The translations under genes were made by a program, and so were the position numbers. This document shows, piece after piece, positions 36,992 through 45,713 of a stretch of 64,000 nt of DNA. Position 1 is the stretch's first letter; the number at the start of each line of letters is the position of its first letter. The stretch is from sequence record PP601403.1; one strand, 5' to 3'. The notes below the pieces were generated by a model. That model searched no databases and had not been told where the DNA came from. It saw nothing but the letters and a program-made list of their open reading frames with translations.

Positions 36992-37759
36992 ATGAAGACT
37001 CTAACCCTAATGCTTGTTCTGTTTCTGACGAGCATGACAGTGAACGCCTCACAGTCGACCACCACCCGTAAGTATAGCGAACACAGTAAAGCCGTTATGC
37101 TAGAGCGTTTTGACCAGATCAAAGGAGATCTGTACCACGCATCAGTTACTGCCGGAATCTCAATGGCAGAACTTACAGCTCTTGGAAGTCTAGAATCTAA
37201 ACTAAGAGTGAAAGCTAAGAACCCACACAGTACAGCAGCAGGCGTTCTCCAGTACACTAGCGGCACTTGGAAGAGTAAGAAGAAGCTCTACGGTAAAGAG
37301 CTAGGTATTAAACCTAACGCACATCAGTATGATGTAAAAGCCAATCTACTGATTGGTGCTAAAGATATGCAAGAAACCAAGAAAACCATTATCGAGAAAA
37401 CTCACTTGACCAATGAGACTATTCGACTTGGTGATCTGTATATCTTGCACTTCGTCGGAACGGATGGTGGACTTAAACTAATTAACTCTTATTCCCATAA
37501 GCCGATTAATCAGATCATCAAACTCCATAAGGGTAATAGCCGTTACTATTACAAACCTAATGGACAAGTGCGTACAGCAAGGGAGTTCCGTCAATTCATG
37601 GACACTATTGCTCAAGCTGAACTCAAGGTTTATGAACAACGTATTGTAAAGTACCAGATGAAACAGTTCTTCCGAGATATCAAACAGGTTGTAACTGATT
37701 TCAATCCAGTACTGGAAATCGCCAAACTGAGTCGATATCAAGATCGACCATTTGGTTAA
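36992..37759 (+). CDS. Soluble lytic transglycosylase (phiKZ gp144 catalytic-domain-like) with N-terminal signal peptide
   Basis: LGSLES catalytic Glu, AAGVLQY and LYILHFVG SLT motifs; leader MKTLTLMLVLFLTSMTVNA. Confidence 0.8.
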   Translation: MKTLTLMLVLFLTSMTVNASQSTTTRKYSEHSKAVMLERFDQIKGDLYHASVTAGISMAELTALGSLESKLRVKAKNPHSTAAGVLQYTSGTWKSKKKLYGKELGIKPNAHQYDVKANLLIGAKDMQETKKTIIEKTHLTNETIRLGDLYILHFVGTDGGLKLINSYSHKPINQIIKLHKGNSRYYYKPNGQVRTAREFRQFMDTIAQAELKVYEQRIVKYQMKQFFRDIKQVVTDFNPVLEIAKLSRYQDRPFG

Positions 37760-37827
37760 AACAATACGACGACCTTGATGTTCTGAACAAGATATAATAA
37801 TTTTCATTTTCATAAGGTATTATTGCT

Positions 37828-38088
37828 ATGTTGCAGCAACTTCATTGCGTCGTTAATAATGATTACACTCTTTCTCCCGTTCCTTCTCCTGTTAGTAATG
37901 GTGTAATTGTTTCTTTAGCAGTTAGTTCCGATCCAGTGGGTGGAACAACTGGGGTGTTGAGTTGGAATAACCAACCGCAAGCATTCATCGTTTACGATCT
38001 AACTGGTACTCGTATTAATGGCTATACGCCTGTAAGTACAGACCCTGTTACCATTAGATCAATTGACAATATCATTCAGTCTTTGTAA
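37828..38088 (+). CDS. Hypothetical protein
   Basis: 86-aa ORF, AAGGT RBS, followed by a hairpin. Confidence 0.55.
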   Translation: MLQQLHCVVNNDYTLSPVPSPVSNGVIVSLAVSSDPVGGTTGVLSWNNQPQAFIVYDLTGTRINGYTPVSTDPVTIRSIDNIIQSL

Positions 38089-38106
38089 TGTTAAGTGTAA
38101 AGGTTA

Positions 38107-38142
38107 AACTCTAGAGCTGACCGCTTGGTCAGCTCTAGAGTT
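38107..38142. terminator. Stem-loop terminator
   Basis: AACTCTAGAGCTGACC-GCTT-GGTCAGCTCTAGAGTT. Confidence 0.85.
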
Positions 38143-38153
38143 ATGTTTATCCA

Positions 38154-38170
38154 AAGTCTAGATAAGGAAT
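38154..38170 (+). promoter_or_regulatory. Recurrent pre-RBS element AAGTCTAGATAAGGAAT, copy 2
   Basis: Identical to 13130..13146. Confidence 0.6.
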
Positions 38171-38174
38171 ATTA

Positions 38175-38861
38175 ATGAATTATAACAAAGTACGTTCTTA
38201 TTCTAAATCGTTTCTAACTACCAAAGTTGGAAATACTTCTGTTCAAGCTACTAGATTGATAACTGGTGTATTCTCTTTTGATGTTTGGTTTAATCCTGCT
38301 CAGAGCGATGTCTGTTATAATGTCGGATTTGAGTTTGAAGGTAAACCAGGTAGAGAGAAAGTTTATAACCTCTTTATGGAAACTGTCACAACTGAGTATG
38401 AAAGTTTTCCAGATGAAATTAAAGTGGTTGTAGACGATTTTATTAAACAACTTCGAAAAGGTAGAACTAAAGGTAACCTTTTAACACTATTCCATCGCTG
38501 CATAAAAGAAGTGCTATACGACTATGAGAAGTTGGAAAACGTTAATAGCGTTAAATCATCCTTTAACTACAAAGTTAATCTAGGTGAAAAAGAAACTTTG
38601 ATTCTAACCTTTGGTTTCTCTCAAGGTAAGCGTCACGTTAGCGCTAACTTTGTATTAGGTGTTCAAACGTTTGGATTTAGAGATGTATTAGGACAATGGA
38701 GTCTAGAAGGTATTTTATCTGAGATTCGTAGACAGCTTGATTTGAGAGATATTGCTAGAAAAGAAAAGTTCTTTAATATAATTTCCACACACGTTCGTGG
38801 TAATAAGGAACAACTGGAACATTTATTGTACAGGTTTAATAATAACTTAAATATATTCTAG
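38175..38861 (+). CDS. Hypothetical protein
   Basis: 228 aa with a strong RBS. Confidence 0.7.
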   Translation: MNYNKVRSYSKSFLTTKVGNTSVQATRLITGVFSFDVWFNPAQSDVCYNVGFEFEGKPGREKVYNLFMETVTTEYESFPDEIKVVVDDFIKQLRKGRTKGNLLTLFHRCIKEVLYDYEKLENVNSVKSSFNYKVNLGEKETLILTFGFSQGKRHVSANFVLGVQTFGFRDVLGQWSLEGILSEIRRQLDLRDIARKEKFFNIISTHVRGNKEQLEHLLYRFNNNLNIF

Positions 38862-38870
38862 GGATAAGAA

Positions 38871-39050
38871 ATGGGAACCACTGTTATATACGAAAGAGAA
38901 GAGATTGTATTAAACTTTGAAAAGTTCACTTTAGTTAAAGTAGAGACTGACAAAGGTACTTATCAATCTAGTCTACGTGGACATGATCATAATCACGATA
39001 AATTAAAACGTACTGCGCAAGGAATTGTTCAGTATGTAAACACACATTAA
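38871..39050 (+). CDS. Small hypothetical protein (59 aa, missed by the ORF track)
   Basis: ATG...TAA fills the gap between neighbours; translates to MGTTVIYEREEIVLNFEKFTLVKVETDKGTYQSSLRGHDHNHDKLKRTAQGIVQYVNTH. Confidence 0.65.
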   Translation: MGTTVIYEREEIVLNFEKFTLVKVETDKGTYQSSLRGHDHNHDKLKRTAQGIVQYVNTH

Positions 39051-39064
39051 AGGGGGATTTAATA

Positions 39065-39820
39065 ATGAAACATTTTGACTCCACTGTTACCCGCTTGGTT
39101 GTATTTCAAAATAGTACTAATCAAATCGTTGCTACTATTTCCAGAAGTTCTGCAAACATCTATACCTTGTTGATGACTTTGTGCGATATAAAGAACGCTT
39201 ACATCAAATCTCACACAACTACTCACACCACTCCAATTACAATGCGTATTTTGGAAAATCATGTTAGTGAGATGATTGATAATAGTGTCGGTCTTCTAGA
39301 AGGAGACTTTGGAGCTCTTGTACAGTTCCGTGAGCAGTTTAGTCGTACCAACCCAAGGAAACGTATTAGTAAACAACTGAAATTGTTTACAGCGGGTTTG
39401 ATGTACCAATACGAGAACCAGAGTTGGTACTCTAGGTATAAAGGCAATGCAGTTATTGAATTGGTAAAGAAAGTTTATGTTGATCTTGAACAATCTGTAG
39501 ATGAACAAGACAATAATAAAGTCTTTCTAAAGCTACATAACGTGGTAGATAAACTAGGTGATTACTCTTTTGTTCTCGAGTATCGTTTACTGGTTGGTGA
39601 AGAATATGTCCCAGGACGTGTTATTCTCAAAGAGAAAATTAAAGATAATGACGATTTTGTTTCACTAATCAGAAAAGGACTGTTGGTAGCTAAACAACGT
39701 GGTAAACTATCAATCCATGAAGTTGAAGCTTTCTATAAAGAAGTCACTTCTTTTGTAATGAATAATGAATTTGCAATAGAAGAGATCATTGATCGACTGA
39801 ATGCTAGACTTCCGATTTAA
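39065..39820 (+). CDS. Hypothetical protein
   Basis: 251 aa, GGGGGA RBS, operon context. Confidence 0.7.
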   Translation: MKHFDSTVTRLVVFQNSTNQIVATISRSSANIYTLLMTLCDIKNAYIKSHTTTHTTPITMRILENHVSEMIDNSVGLLEGDFGALVQFREQFSRTNPRKRISKQLKLFTAGLMYQYENQSWYSRYKGNAVIELVKKVYVDLEQSVDEQDNNKVFLKLHNVVDKLGDYSFVLEYRLLVGEEYVPGRVILKEKIKDNDDFVSLIRKGLLVAKQRGKLSIHEVEAFYKEVTSFVMNNEFAIEEIIDRLNARLPI

Positions 39821-39829
39821 GGAGTTAAT

Positions 39830-41767
39830 ATGAAAAATGGTATTAAAGAGCTTCTTGAATTGGAAGCTAAAATTCGTTATCACGACTATTTGTATTTTGT
39901 TGCCGATAAACCATCTATTTCAGATACGGAATATGACCAACTGGTTTACAAACGTGAAGAACTACTTAAAGAGAATCCTGGATATCGCCCCGGATTACCA
40001 CCTGGGTTTATTGAAGACAACAGTGGTTTGAAAACCGTTGTTATTGATGAACCTATGATTTCGGTGGTTAAGAAGAAAACACGTGACGATATTGAACTCT
40101 GGCGTAAACGCAATGTAAAGGGTACTGTAAGCTACGAAGAGAAACTGGATGGATTGTCCATCCGGTTAGTCTATCGTCACGGTAAGCTCGTACAGGGACA
40201 TTTAAGGGGGACTGGCTTAGAGGGGACTGACGTTACCCACAGACTTCATATGTTACGAGATGTTCCCACTGAAATCCCTGAGTATAAGGACATACCTTAT
40301 TTCAAAGTAACTGGTGAAGGATACTGTACTTATAAGGATCTTCTTGATTACTGCGAACAATGGGATCTTGATCCTAAGGAAACGGAAAGTAGAACTACTT
40401 GTTCTGGTATCATGAAACGTCTTTATCCTAGTGAGAAAGATACACTTTATCTGTACTTTAAAGCTTACAATGTAAGTAAAGTACTAAGGGATAAAGTTAG
40501 TACTTATCCAGAACTTCGTGAGTTGATGGTTAATATGGGATTTGATATCCCAATGCCGTTTAACGGAAGTCTACTTAATGAACTGTTCTCATTAAAAGAG
40601 AAACCTAATTTTGGTTACGCTATTGATGGGATCGTTGTTAAGGATGATGACTTAAGTGTTTGGAAAGATGACAAGATGCAAGGCTATTGGAATTATGCAG
40701 CTTGTTATAAGTTTCCGACTGCTTCAATGACCACTACTCTGATTGGTGTAGAGTGGGGATTGACTACCAAAGGTTATTTAACAGGAACATTAGTTTACGA
40801 ACCTGTTAACTACGATGGCACCACATTACGTCGTGCTAAGTTTGACTATCCAGATAAGTACATCAAAGATGGATTACGAATTGGCAGTGTGATCCAGATT
40901 ACCAAGTCTAATGAAATCATTCCTAACATCATTGGGATGAAGGAAGCTGGAACTGGTAAGAAGGTAGAGTTCCCTAAATTCTGTCCATGTTGTAATCAGC
41001 CTGTAGTAGTAGAATCACCTAGCATGGTTCGTTGTGTTAACGATAGCTGTGTAGGGCTACTAATCTCTCATCTAGAGCGTTTGGGTGAGAAGAAGGGTCT
41101 GAATATACTTGGGTTGGGAAGTGCTCGTATAACGGCTCTGGTGGACGCTGGGTACCTGTCAGAACCTAGCGATATCTTCAAGATTACTTTTGAAGATTAT
41201 ATTAAGTTAGATTTGGTTGATGAGAACACTGCAAGATCAATCGTTGATCAAGTAGAGAACTCAAGTAAACTCTCTTTACAAAACTGGATCTTTGCAGCTT
41301 GTATTCCCAACATCGGATATGTGCGAGCCGGAGAACTTGCTGATCAACAGGGAATATTGTTTACTGAATTAAATACTTTCTTAGCAGCTATGAAAGATCA
41401 GAAAGTAATGGAAGAACTTTTTGGTTTAGACGGCGTAGTAGCTTGCGAGTATGTCAATAGTAATGAAAACGAGTTGGTTAATTTCTTTATTCATTATGAT
41501 TTTGATAAGGAGATTAAAGTACAAGATAAGTTAATTCCAATTGGGATTACTGGTTCTTGGAATATCACTCGTGATCAGTTAACAGAACAACTAGCAGAAG
41601 TTGGTTATGAACTTGCTGATAAAGTAAGTAAAAGTATCACTAAACTGTTAGTTGGTAAAACACCTAGTCCAGGTAAGATTGCTAAAGCAGGGAAATGGAA
41701 TATCCCTGTAATAGAAATCACCCCTATGACCACCTTTGATCAAATCGTAAAGAAATTGAGAGGTTAA
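39830..41767 (+). CDS. ligA: NAD-dependent DNA ligase
   Basis: EEKLDG adenylation motif, IDGIVVK, AYKF-like ACYKF, OB fold, CPCC...C zinc finger, HhH repeats and a C-terminal BRCT. Confidence 0.95.
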   Translation: MKNGIKELLELEAKIRYHDYLYFVADKPSISDTEYDQLVYKREELLKENPGYRPGLPPGFIEDNSGLKTVVIDEPMISVVKKKTRDDIELWRKRNVKGTVSYEEKLDGLSIRLVYRHGKLVQGHLRGTGLEGTDVTHRLHMLRDVPTEIPEYKDIPYFKVTGEGYCTYKDLLDYCEQWDLDPKETESRTTCSGIMKRLYPSEKDTLYLYFKAYNVSKVLRDKVSTYPELRELMVNMGFDIPMPFNGSLLNELFSLKEKPNFGYAIDGIVVKDDDLSVWKDDKMQGYWNYAACYKFPTASMTTTLIGVEWGLTTKGYLTGTLVYEPVNYDGTTLRRAKFDYPDKYIKDGLRIGSVIQITKSNEIIPNIIGMKEAGTGKKVEFPKFCPCCNQPVVVESPSMVRCVNDSCVGLLISHLERLGEKKGLNILGLGSARITALVDAGYLSEPSDIFKITFEDYIKLDLVDENTARSIVDQVENSSKLSLQNWIFAACIPNIGYVRAGELADQQGILFTELNTFLAAMKDQKVMEELFGLDGVVACEYVNSNENELVNFFIHYDFDKEIKVQDKLIPIGITGSWNITRDQLTEQLAEVGYELADKVSKSITKLLVGKTPSPGKIAKAGKWNIPVIEITPMTTFDQIVKKLRG

Positions 41768-41768
41768 A

Positions 41769-42275
41769 ATGCAATTAGTTATTTCTGCTTTTCCAGGTTG
41801 TGGTAAATCAAGTATTTTTAATAATGGTCAGGAATATGATTTAGTTCCCGTCCCGTTTAATAAAGATTTGCTTGAACTAGGTAAGATCGAGCGTAAGGAA
41901 GGTCAAACTTTAGTTTTTGATTCCGATAGCTCTAATTTTGATAAAACGCATTTCCCAGGTAACTACATTAGTTATATTAAGTCACTGTTGGAAATGTTTG
42001 ACGATGTTGTCGTCTTTGTTTCGTCCCATATTGGTGTAAGGGAAGCTCTTGCTGAAGCCGGGGTGGAATATGTTCTTGTATATCCAGAACCTTATTTGAA
42101 ACAACAATATCTTGATCGCTATGTAAAACGCGGTTCTCCAGAAGGGTTTATTAAACTACTGGATGAAAAGTGGTTGGAATGGTTAGATTCCTGCGATAAA
42201 GACGAAAATGCCATTAGTCATTATAAATTGTCCAATGGTCAGTATTTAAGTGACCTGTTTGAAAACTTAAATTAA
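41769..42275 (+). CDS. P-loop NTPase / nucleotide kinase-like protein
   Basis: N-terminal VISAFPGCGKS Walker A. Confidence 0.65.
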   Translation: MQLVISAFPGCGKSSIFNNGQEYDLVPVPFNKDLLELGKIERKEGQTLVFDSDSSNFDKTHFPGNYISYIKSLLEMFDDVVVFVSSHIGVREALAEAGVEYVLVYPEPYLKQQYLDRYVKRGSPEGFIKLLDEKWLEWLDSCDKDENAISHYKLSNGQYLSDLFENLN

Positions 42276-42280
42276 GCTAT

Positions 42281-42309
42281 ACCTTACACTCCAACTAGGA
42301 GTGTAAGGT
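42281..42309. terminator. Stem-loop terminator
   Basis: ACCTTACACTCC-AACTA-GGAGTGTAAGGT. Confidence 0.8.
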
Positions 42310-42375
42310 TATTTATTTGTTTACTGTAGCGACTTTATATGAAAGTAAACAATTTATTCTAGGAGATAAGAAATT

Positions 42376-42696
42376 ATGTCAAACTCTATGAAAATCCATC
42401 TGACTTTTAAATCTGATATTACTGAACGTCAGGTTAAAGATTTGTCTACAGCTTTAGATGGATCCGATAACGTTCGTATTTACGATTATACCAAACGTAC
42501 TATCGTAGTGATCGTACTGGATCGTCAGAAAACTAATAATCAGATATTTGATCAACTGGCTAACGTTATGTGTTGTAAGGTTGTAACACAAACCGGTTGT
42601 GACGATCGTGGTGACAACATCTATGTTTTCGTATCTCCGTCCAGAACTATTGTTGATACCTCAGCTACTGCTAACGCTGTTCAGAAACTCTTTTAA
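42376..42696 (+). CDS. Hypothetical protein
   Basis: 106 aa, AGGAG RBS. Confidence 0.7.
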   Translation: MSNSMKIHLTFKSDITERQVKDLSTALDGSDNVRIYDYTKRTIVVIVLDRQKTNNQIFDQLANVMCCKVVTQTGCDDRGDNIYVFVSPSRTIVDTSATANAVQKLF

Positions 42697-42708
42697 AAGG
42701 AATTTATC

Positions 42709-43323
42709 ATGTCAATGGTCATTGATGTAGAAATTGGTGAAAAAGAACGTCGTGTTGATATCTTTAATGGAGAACAACGTTTAGTATTCGTATCTGATAA
42801 TGTAACCACTAAAGTGTTTAACAATGAAGGCGAACATGTACTTTGGGTAGAGTGTCATATCAGTTTTGCAACTGACTATCCAGGGATCACTGAGATCGTT
42901 AAGAAGTACATAGCTGGTATCAACCTTGGGTTTGATACACGGTTACTAGTTAATCAACGCCACATCTACTTCCAGTTGTTAAGCGAATATATAGAAATTG
43001 TGGAAGGTAGGAAAACTCCTTCGGGTCTTAGTACTGGCGAAACAGAATGGGTTCGGTTACCTCTAGGTGGGATTAGTGGTAAACTTTCAACCTCTGATGA
43101 GCAAGGCAATGAAATTACTTACGAAGTTCATCGTAAGATCAAACATCGTGAATTCGTTACTCATATCGTAAAGAAGATTAATCAAAAGTCGGAAGACTTT
43201 ACTGATCGTAATCAGATTGAACATGTGAATACTTATCACATCCACACTCAGATCGCAAACCCTTTGAAGAGTATTGCAGATATTGAGAAGTTCCTATGCG
43301 ATCACGTACGAGGATATAAATAA
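42709..43323 (+). CDS. Hypothetical protein
   Basis: 204 aa, AAGGA RBS. Confidence 0.7.
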   Translation: MSMVIDVEIGEKERRVDIFNGEQRLVFVSDNVTTKVFNNEGEHVLWVECHISFATDYPGITEIVKKYIAGINLGFDTRLLVNQRHIYFQLLSEYIEIVEGRKTPSGLSTGETEWVRLPLGGISGKLSTSDEQGNEITYEVHRKIKHREFVTHIVKKINQKSEDFTDRNQIEHVNTYHIHTQIANPLKSIADIEKFLCDHVRGYK

Positions 43324-43709
43324 TGAAAAGAGATCCTAAATTAAATCCTTTTGATCCACGTAATCCAGAGTACTGGTTTCGTAAGCACTTGATTGGTACT
43401 ACTAAGGTTGACTATAGTGTCAGTGTTAACCCTACCCCAGGAAACTGGGGTTATAACCAGTATCTGTTTGAACCTAAAGCTATTTCGTTAATCAATCCAG
43501 CTTTGATCAAAGATTGGAATGAACGTAGTTATGCTGTTTCTATGGATCCTAATCCAGCTGAAGAAGAACTTGTGTTTATGTTAGCGCAGGAATATCCTGC
43601 TGATCCAGATTTCATTAAAGAGATTCTGGAGAATCCTGACACTGATCCTTGGATTCTGAACAAGATCAAAGAAACCAAGAAAATGATGGAAAATAAAATT
43701 ACCCATTAA
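43323..43709 (+). CDS. Hypothetical Pro/Asn-rich protein
   Basis: 128 aa, translationally coupled (TAATG overlap). Confidence 0.7.
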   Translation: MKRDPKLNPFDPRNPEYWFRKHLIGTTKVDYSVSVNPTPGNWGYNQYLFEPKAISLINPALIKDWNERSYAVSMDPNPAEEELVFMLAQEYPADPDFIKEILENPDTDPWILNKIKETKKMMENKITH

Positions 43710-43729
43710 AATTAATTAGGAGTCTAGGA

Positions 43730-44416
43730 ATGTTTAATGCTAGATTAATTGATTTCTGTTTCCATATTTGCCCTGAAAAGACATTTGGTGAGATGTCAAA
43801 GTTTGCTGAAGAGTTGTTTAAGATCAGAGATGGTCTTGCTAACGGAACAGAATACAATCCAATCATTGGAATAGTAGACGGTCAACAGATCATCTTGACG
43901 CCCATTTCTACTGAAAACTCTATTACTTATAAACTAGAACTAGGTTCTCTTATTTGGGTTATACATGATAACATCAATGAAGAACCTAATCAGGATTTTA
44001 GTAGACAAATTTTACAGTACATGGCTTGGCATTTTAATGATAAGACTTTGTACGATATTTTTAACTTGGAACATCGAGTAGTTAAACCGAAGATTTCTGA
44101 TCTTTATGCTCTTTGGATTAAACTAATTGACGGGTTTAACTTGAACCCATTGGGATTTAGCGAAAGGACGATATCCCTAGGGCAAGAAAAATGCATTAGG
44201 ATAATTAAACCGCGGACCACTAAGTATCCTGATCTTGTCATTGGTAGAGTGGATATCATAGATAACGGCGTCCTTGATAGTTTTGTGTTCACTACAGACG
44301 GAATACCCTTTAAGGAAGCTATGAAACTTAGAACTACTCTGATTAAACAGAAAGGCAGTTTTATTCCACAACCAACTCTTAGTTCTAATCCAGATTTTAC
44401 CCAGAAGGAATTTTAA
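43730..44416 (+). CDS. Hypothetical protein
   Basis: 228 aa, AGGAG RBS. Confidence 0.7.
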   Translation: MFNARLIDFCFHICPEKTFGEMSKFAEELFKIRDGLANGTEYNPIIGIVDGQQIILTPISTENSITYKLELGSLIWVIHDNINEEPNQDFSRQILQYMAWHFNDKTLYDIFNLEHRVVKPKISDLYALWIKLIDGFNLNPLGFSERTISLGQEKCIRIIKPRTTKYPDLVIGRVDIIDNGVLDSFVFTTDGIPFKEAMKLRTTLIKQKGSFIPQPTLSSNPDFTQKEF

Positions 44417-44417
44417 A

Positions 44418-45092
44418 ATGGATATGTTTCAAGAAAAGCTCAAGTCTTATGAAGAAGTACTAGAAGCTGTCACTTATCGTAGACAGATGGTCAGAGACCC
44501 CTCAATTGGTCAGGAACAGATAGTCGATCAATTGATCGTGTATAAACACGGGTTCTTTATCAATTGCAATAAAACTGTTGTGGAGATTTGTCCTACAGTT
44601 AGTTCATATTCGGGTGGTTTTTCGCACTTAGGAAATAGCGTAAAGATAGGTGTTAAGCTACTTATCAATGGTGATGAAGTTTTATCCATTAAAGAAGTAC
44701 AACATGTAGACGACTGGATCGACTATAAGAACATTAAAATGATCGACTTCGTTGCAAACATGGTTGTTCTTGGGTATTTAAAACCAGGTTACGAACTTGA
44801 TAAAGTTATCGGATTACTGTATCCTTGTTTTCAATCATTAGGTATTGTTTATCATTCCAGTGTTGAAAATTGGGTGGATATTCCATTTGCCGATGGTGAT
44901 ATTCAAAAATCTATAGATGGTAAGACTTATTGGTGTATGAGAAAATACAGTAATGGTTATTATGTAACCAAGTATATGTCATCAAGTTACCATAAGCGCT
45001 TGGAATGTCCTGGTAGTAAAGTGGTAATTAGTGAGAAAACTAAAGAAGCACTCCCTGTGACTTTACAGGAGGCTTTAGACGCCTTGTCATAA
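44418..45092 (+). CDS. Hypothetical protein
   Basis: 224 aa, coupled to the upstream gene. Confidence 0.7.
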   Translation: MDMFQEKLKSYEEVLEAVTYRRQMVRDPSIGQEQIVDQLIVYKHGFFINCNKTVVEICPTVSSYSGGFSHLGNSVKIGVKLLINGDEVLSIKEVQHVDDWIDYKNIKMIDFVANMVVLGYLKPGYELDKVIGLLYPCFQSLGIVYHSSVENWVDIPFADGDIQKSIDGKTYWCMRKYSNGYYVTKYMSSSYHKRLECPGSKVVISEKTKEALPVTLQEALDALS

Positions 45093-45102
45093 GGAGTTTG
45101 TA

Positions 45103-45657
45103 ATGGAAGATTGTAAAGAGACTAAAAGTTGGGTTTGTTACACTGACGGGAGTTGCTTTGAACAAAATGGAGGCAGTGGTGGAAATGGTGCGTGGGCATT
45201 TCACGCTATTTTCGGAGAATTGATAGTAGAGAAGTCTTGTGGGTATTTTAAGACTACTAATAATAGGATGGAGATATTGGCTATTATTTCTTTCCTAGAG
45301 GAGTTTCAAGAACCCACTAAGGTTACTATACGAAGTGATTCTCAGTACACTATCGATGCTGTTACTAAATGGATCTATGGTTGGATTAAGAATGACTGGG
45401 TAACTTCTCAAGGACAACCTGTAAAGAACAAAGACTTATTTGAACGATTGTTTAAATTAGTAAAGTTCCATACAGTGAAGTTTGAGAAGGTAAAGGCCCA
45501 CTCTAATATTCCCGGTAATGAAAGAGCCGACACTTTAGCTAAGGAAGCTGCTGGTAATCCAACATTAATCGATGAGGGTTATATTCCTCCCGATCCTAAT
45601 GAAGTTAAACCCGTGGTTGTAAAGAAACCTTGGTGGGTAAAATATAAAAAGAAATAA
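45103..45657 (+). CDS. rnhA: Ribonuclease HI
   Basis: YTDGSC, NNRMEILA, SDSQY and VKAHS..GNERAD motifs. Confidence 0.95.
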   Translation: MEDCKETKSWVCYTDGSCFEQNGGSGGNGAWAFHAIFGELIVEKSCGYFKTTNNRMEILAIISFLEEFQEPTKVTIRSDSQYTIDAVTKWIYGWIKNDWVTSQGQPVKNKDLFERLFKLVKFHTVKFEKVKAHSNIPGNERADTLAKEAAGNPTLIDEGYIPPDPNEVKPVVVKKPWWVKYKKK

Positions 45658-45660
45658 AAT

Positions 45661-45694
45661 AACTCTACTTACTCCTAAGGGAGTAAGTAGAGTT
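45661..45694. terminator. Bidirectional terminator, near-identical to 57903..57935
   Basis: AACTCTACTTACTCC-TAAG-GGAGTAAGTAGAGTT. Confidence 0.9.
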
Positions 45695-45713
45695 TAAATT
45701 AATTAAATTTTAT

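Noticed and set aside
34322-45657. SbcC, ligase, RNase H and RuvC as a novel repair system
   Set aside because: These are ordinary components of phiKZ-like genomes; the missing SbcD partner is probably elsewhere in the genome.
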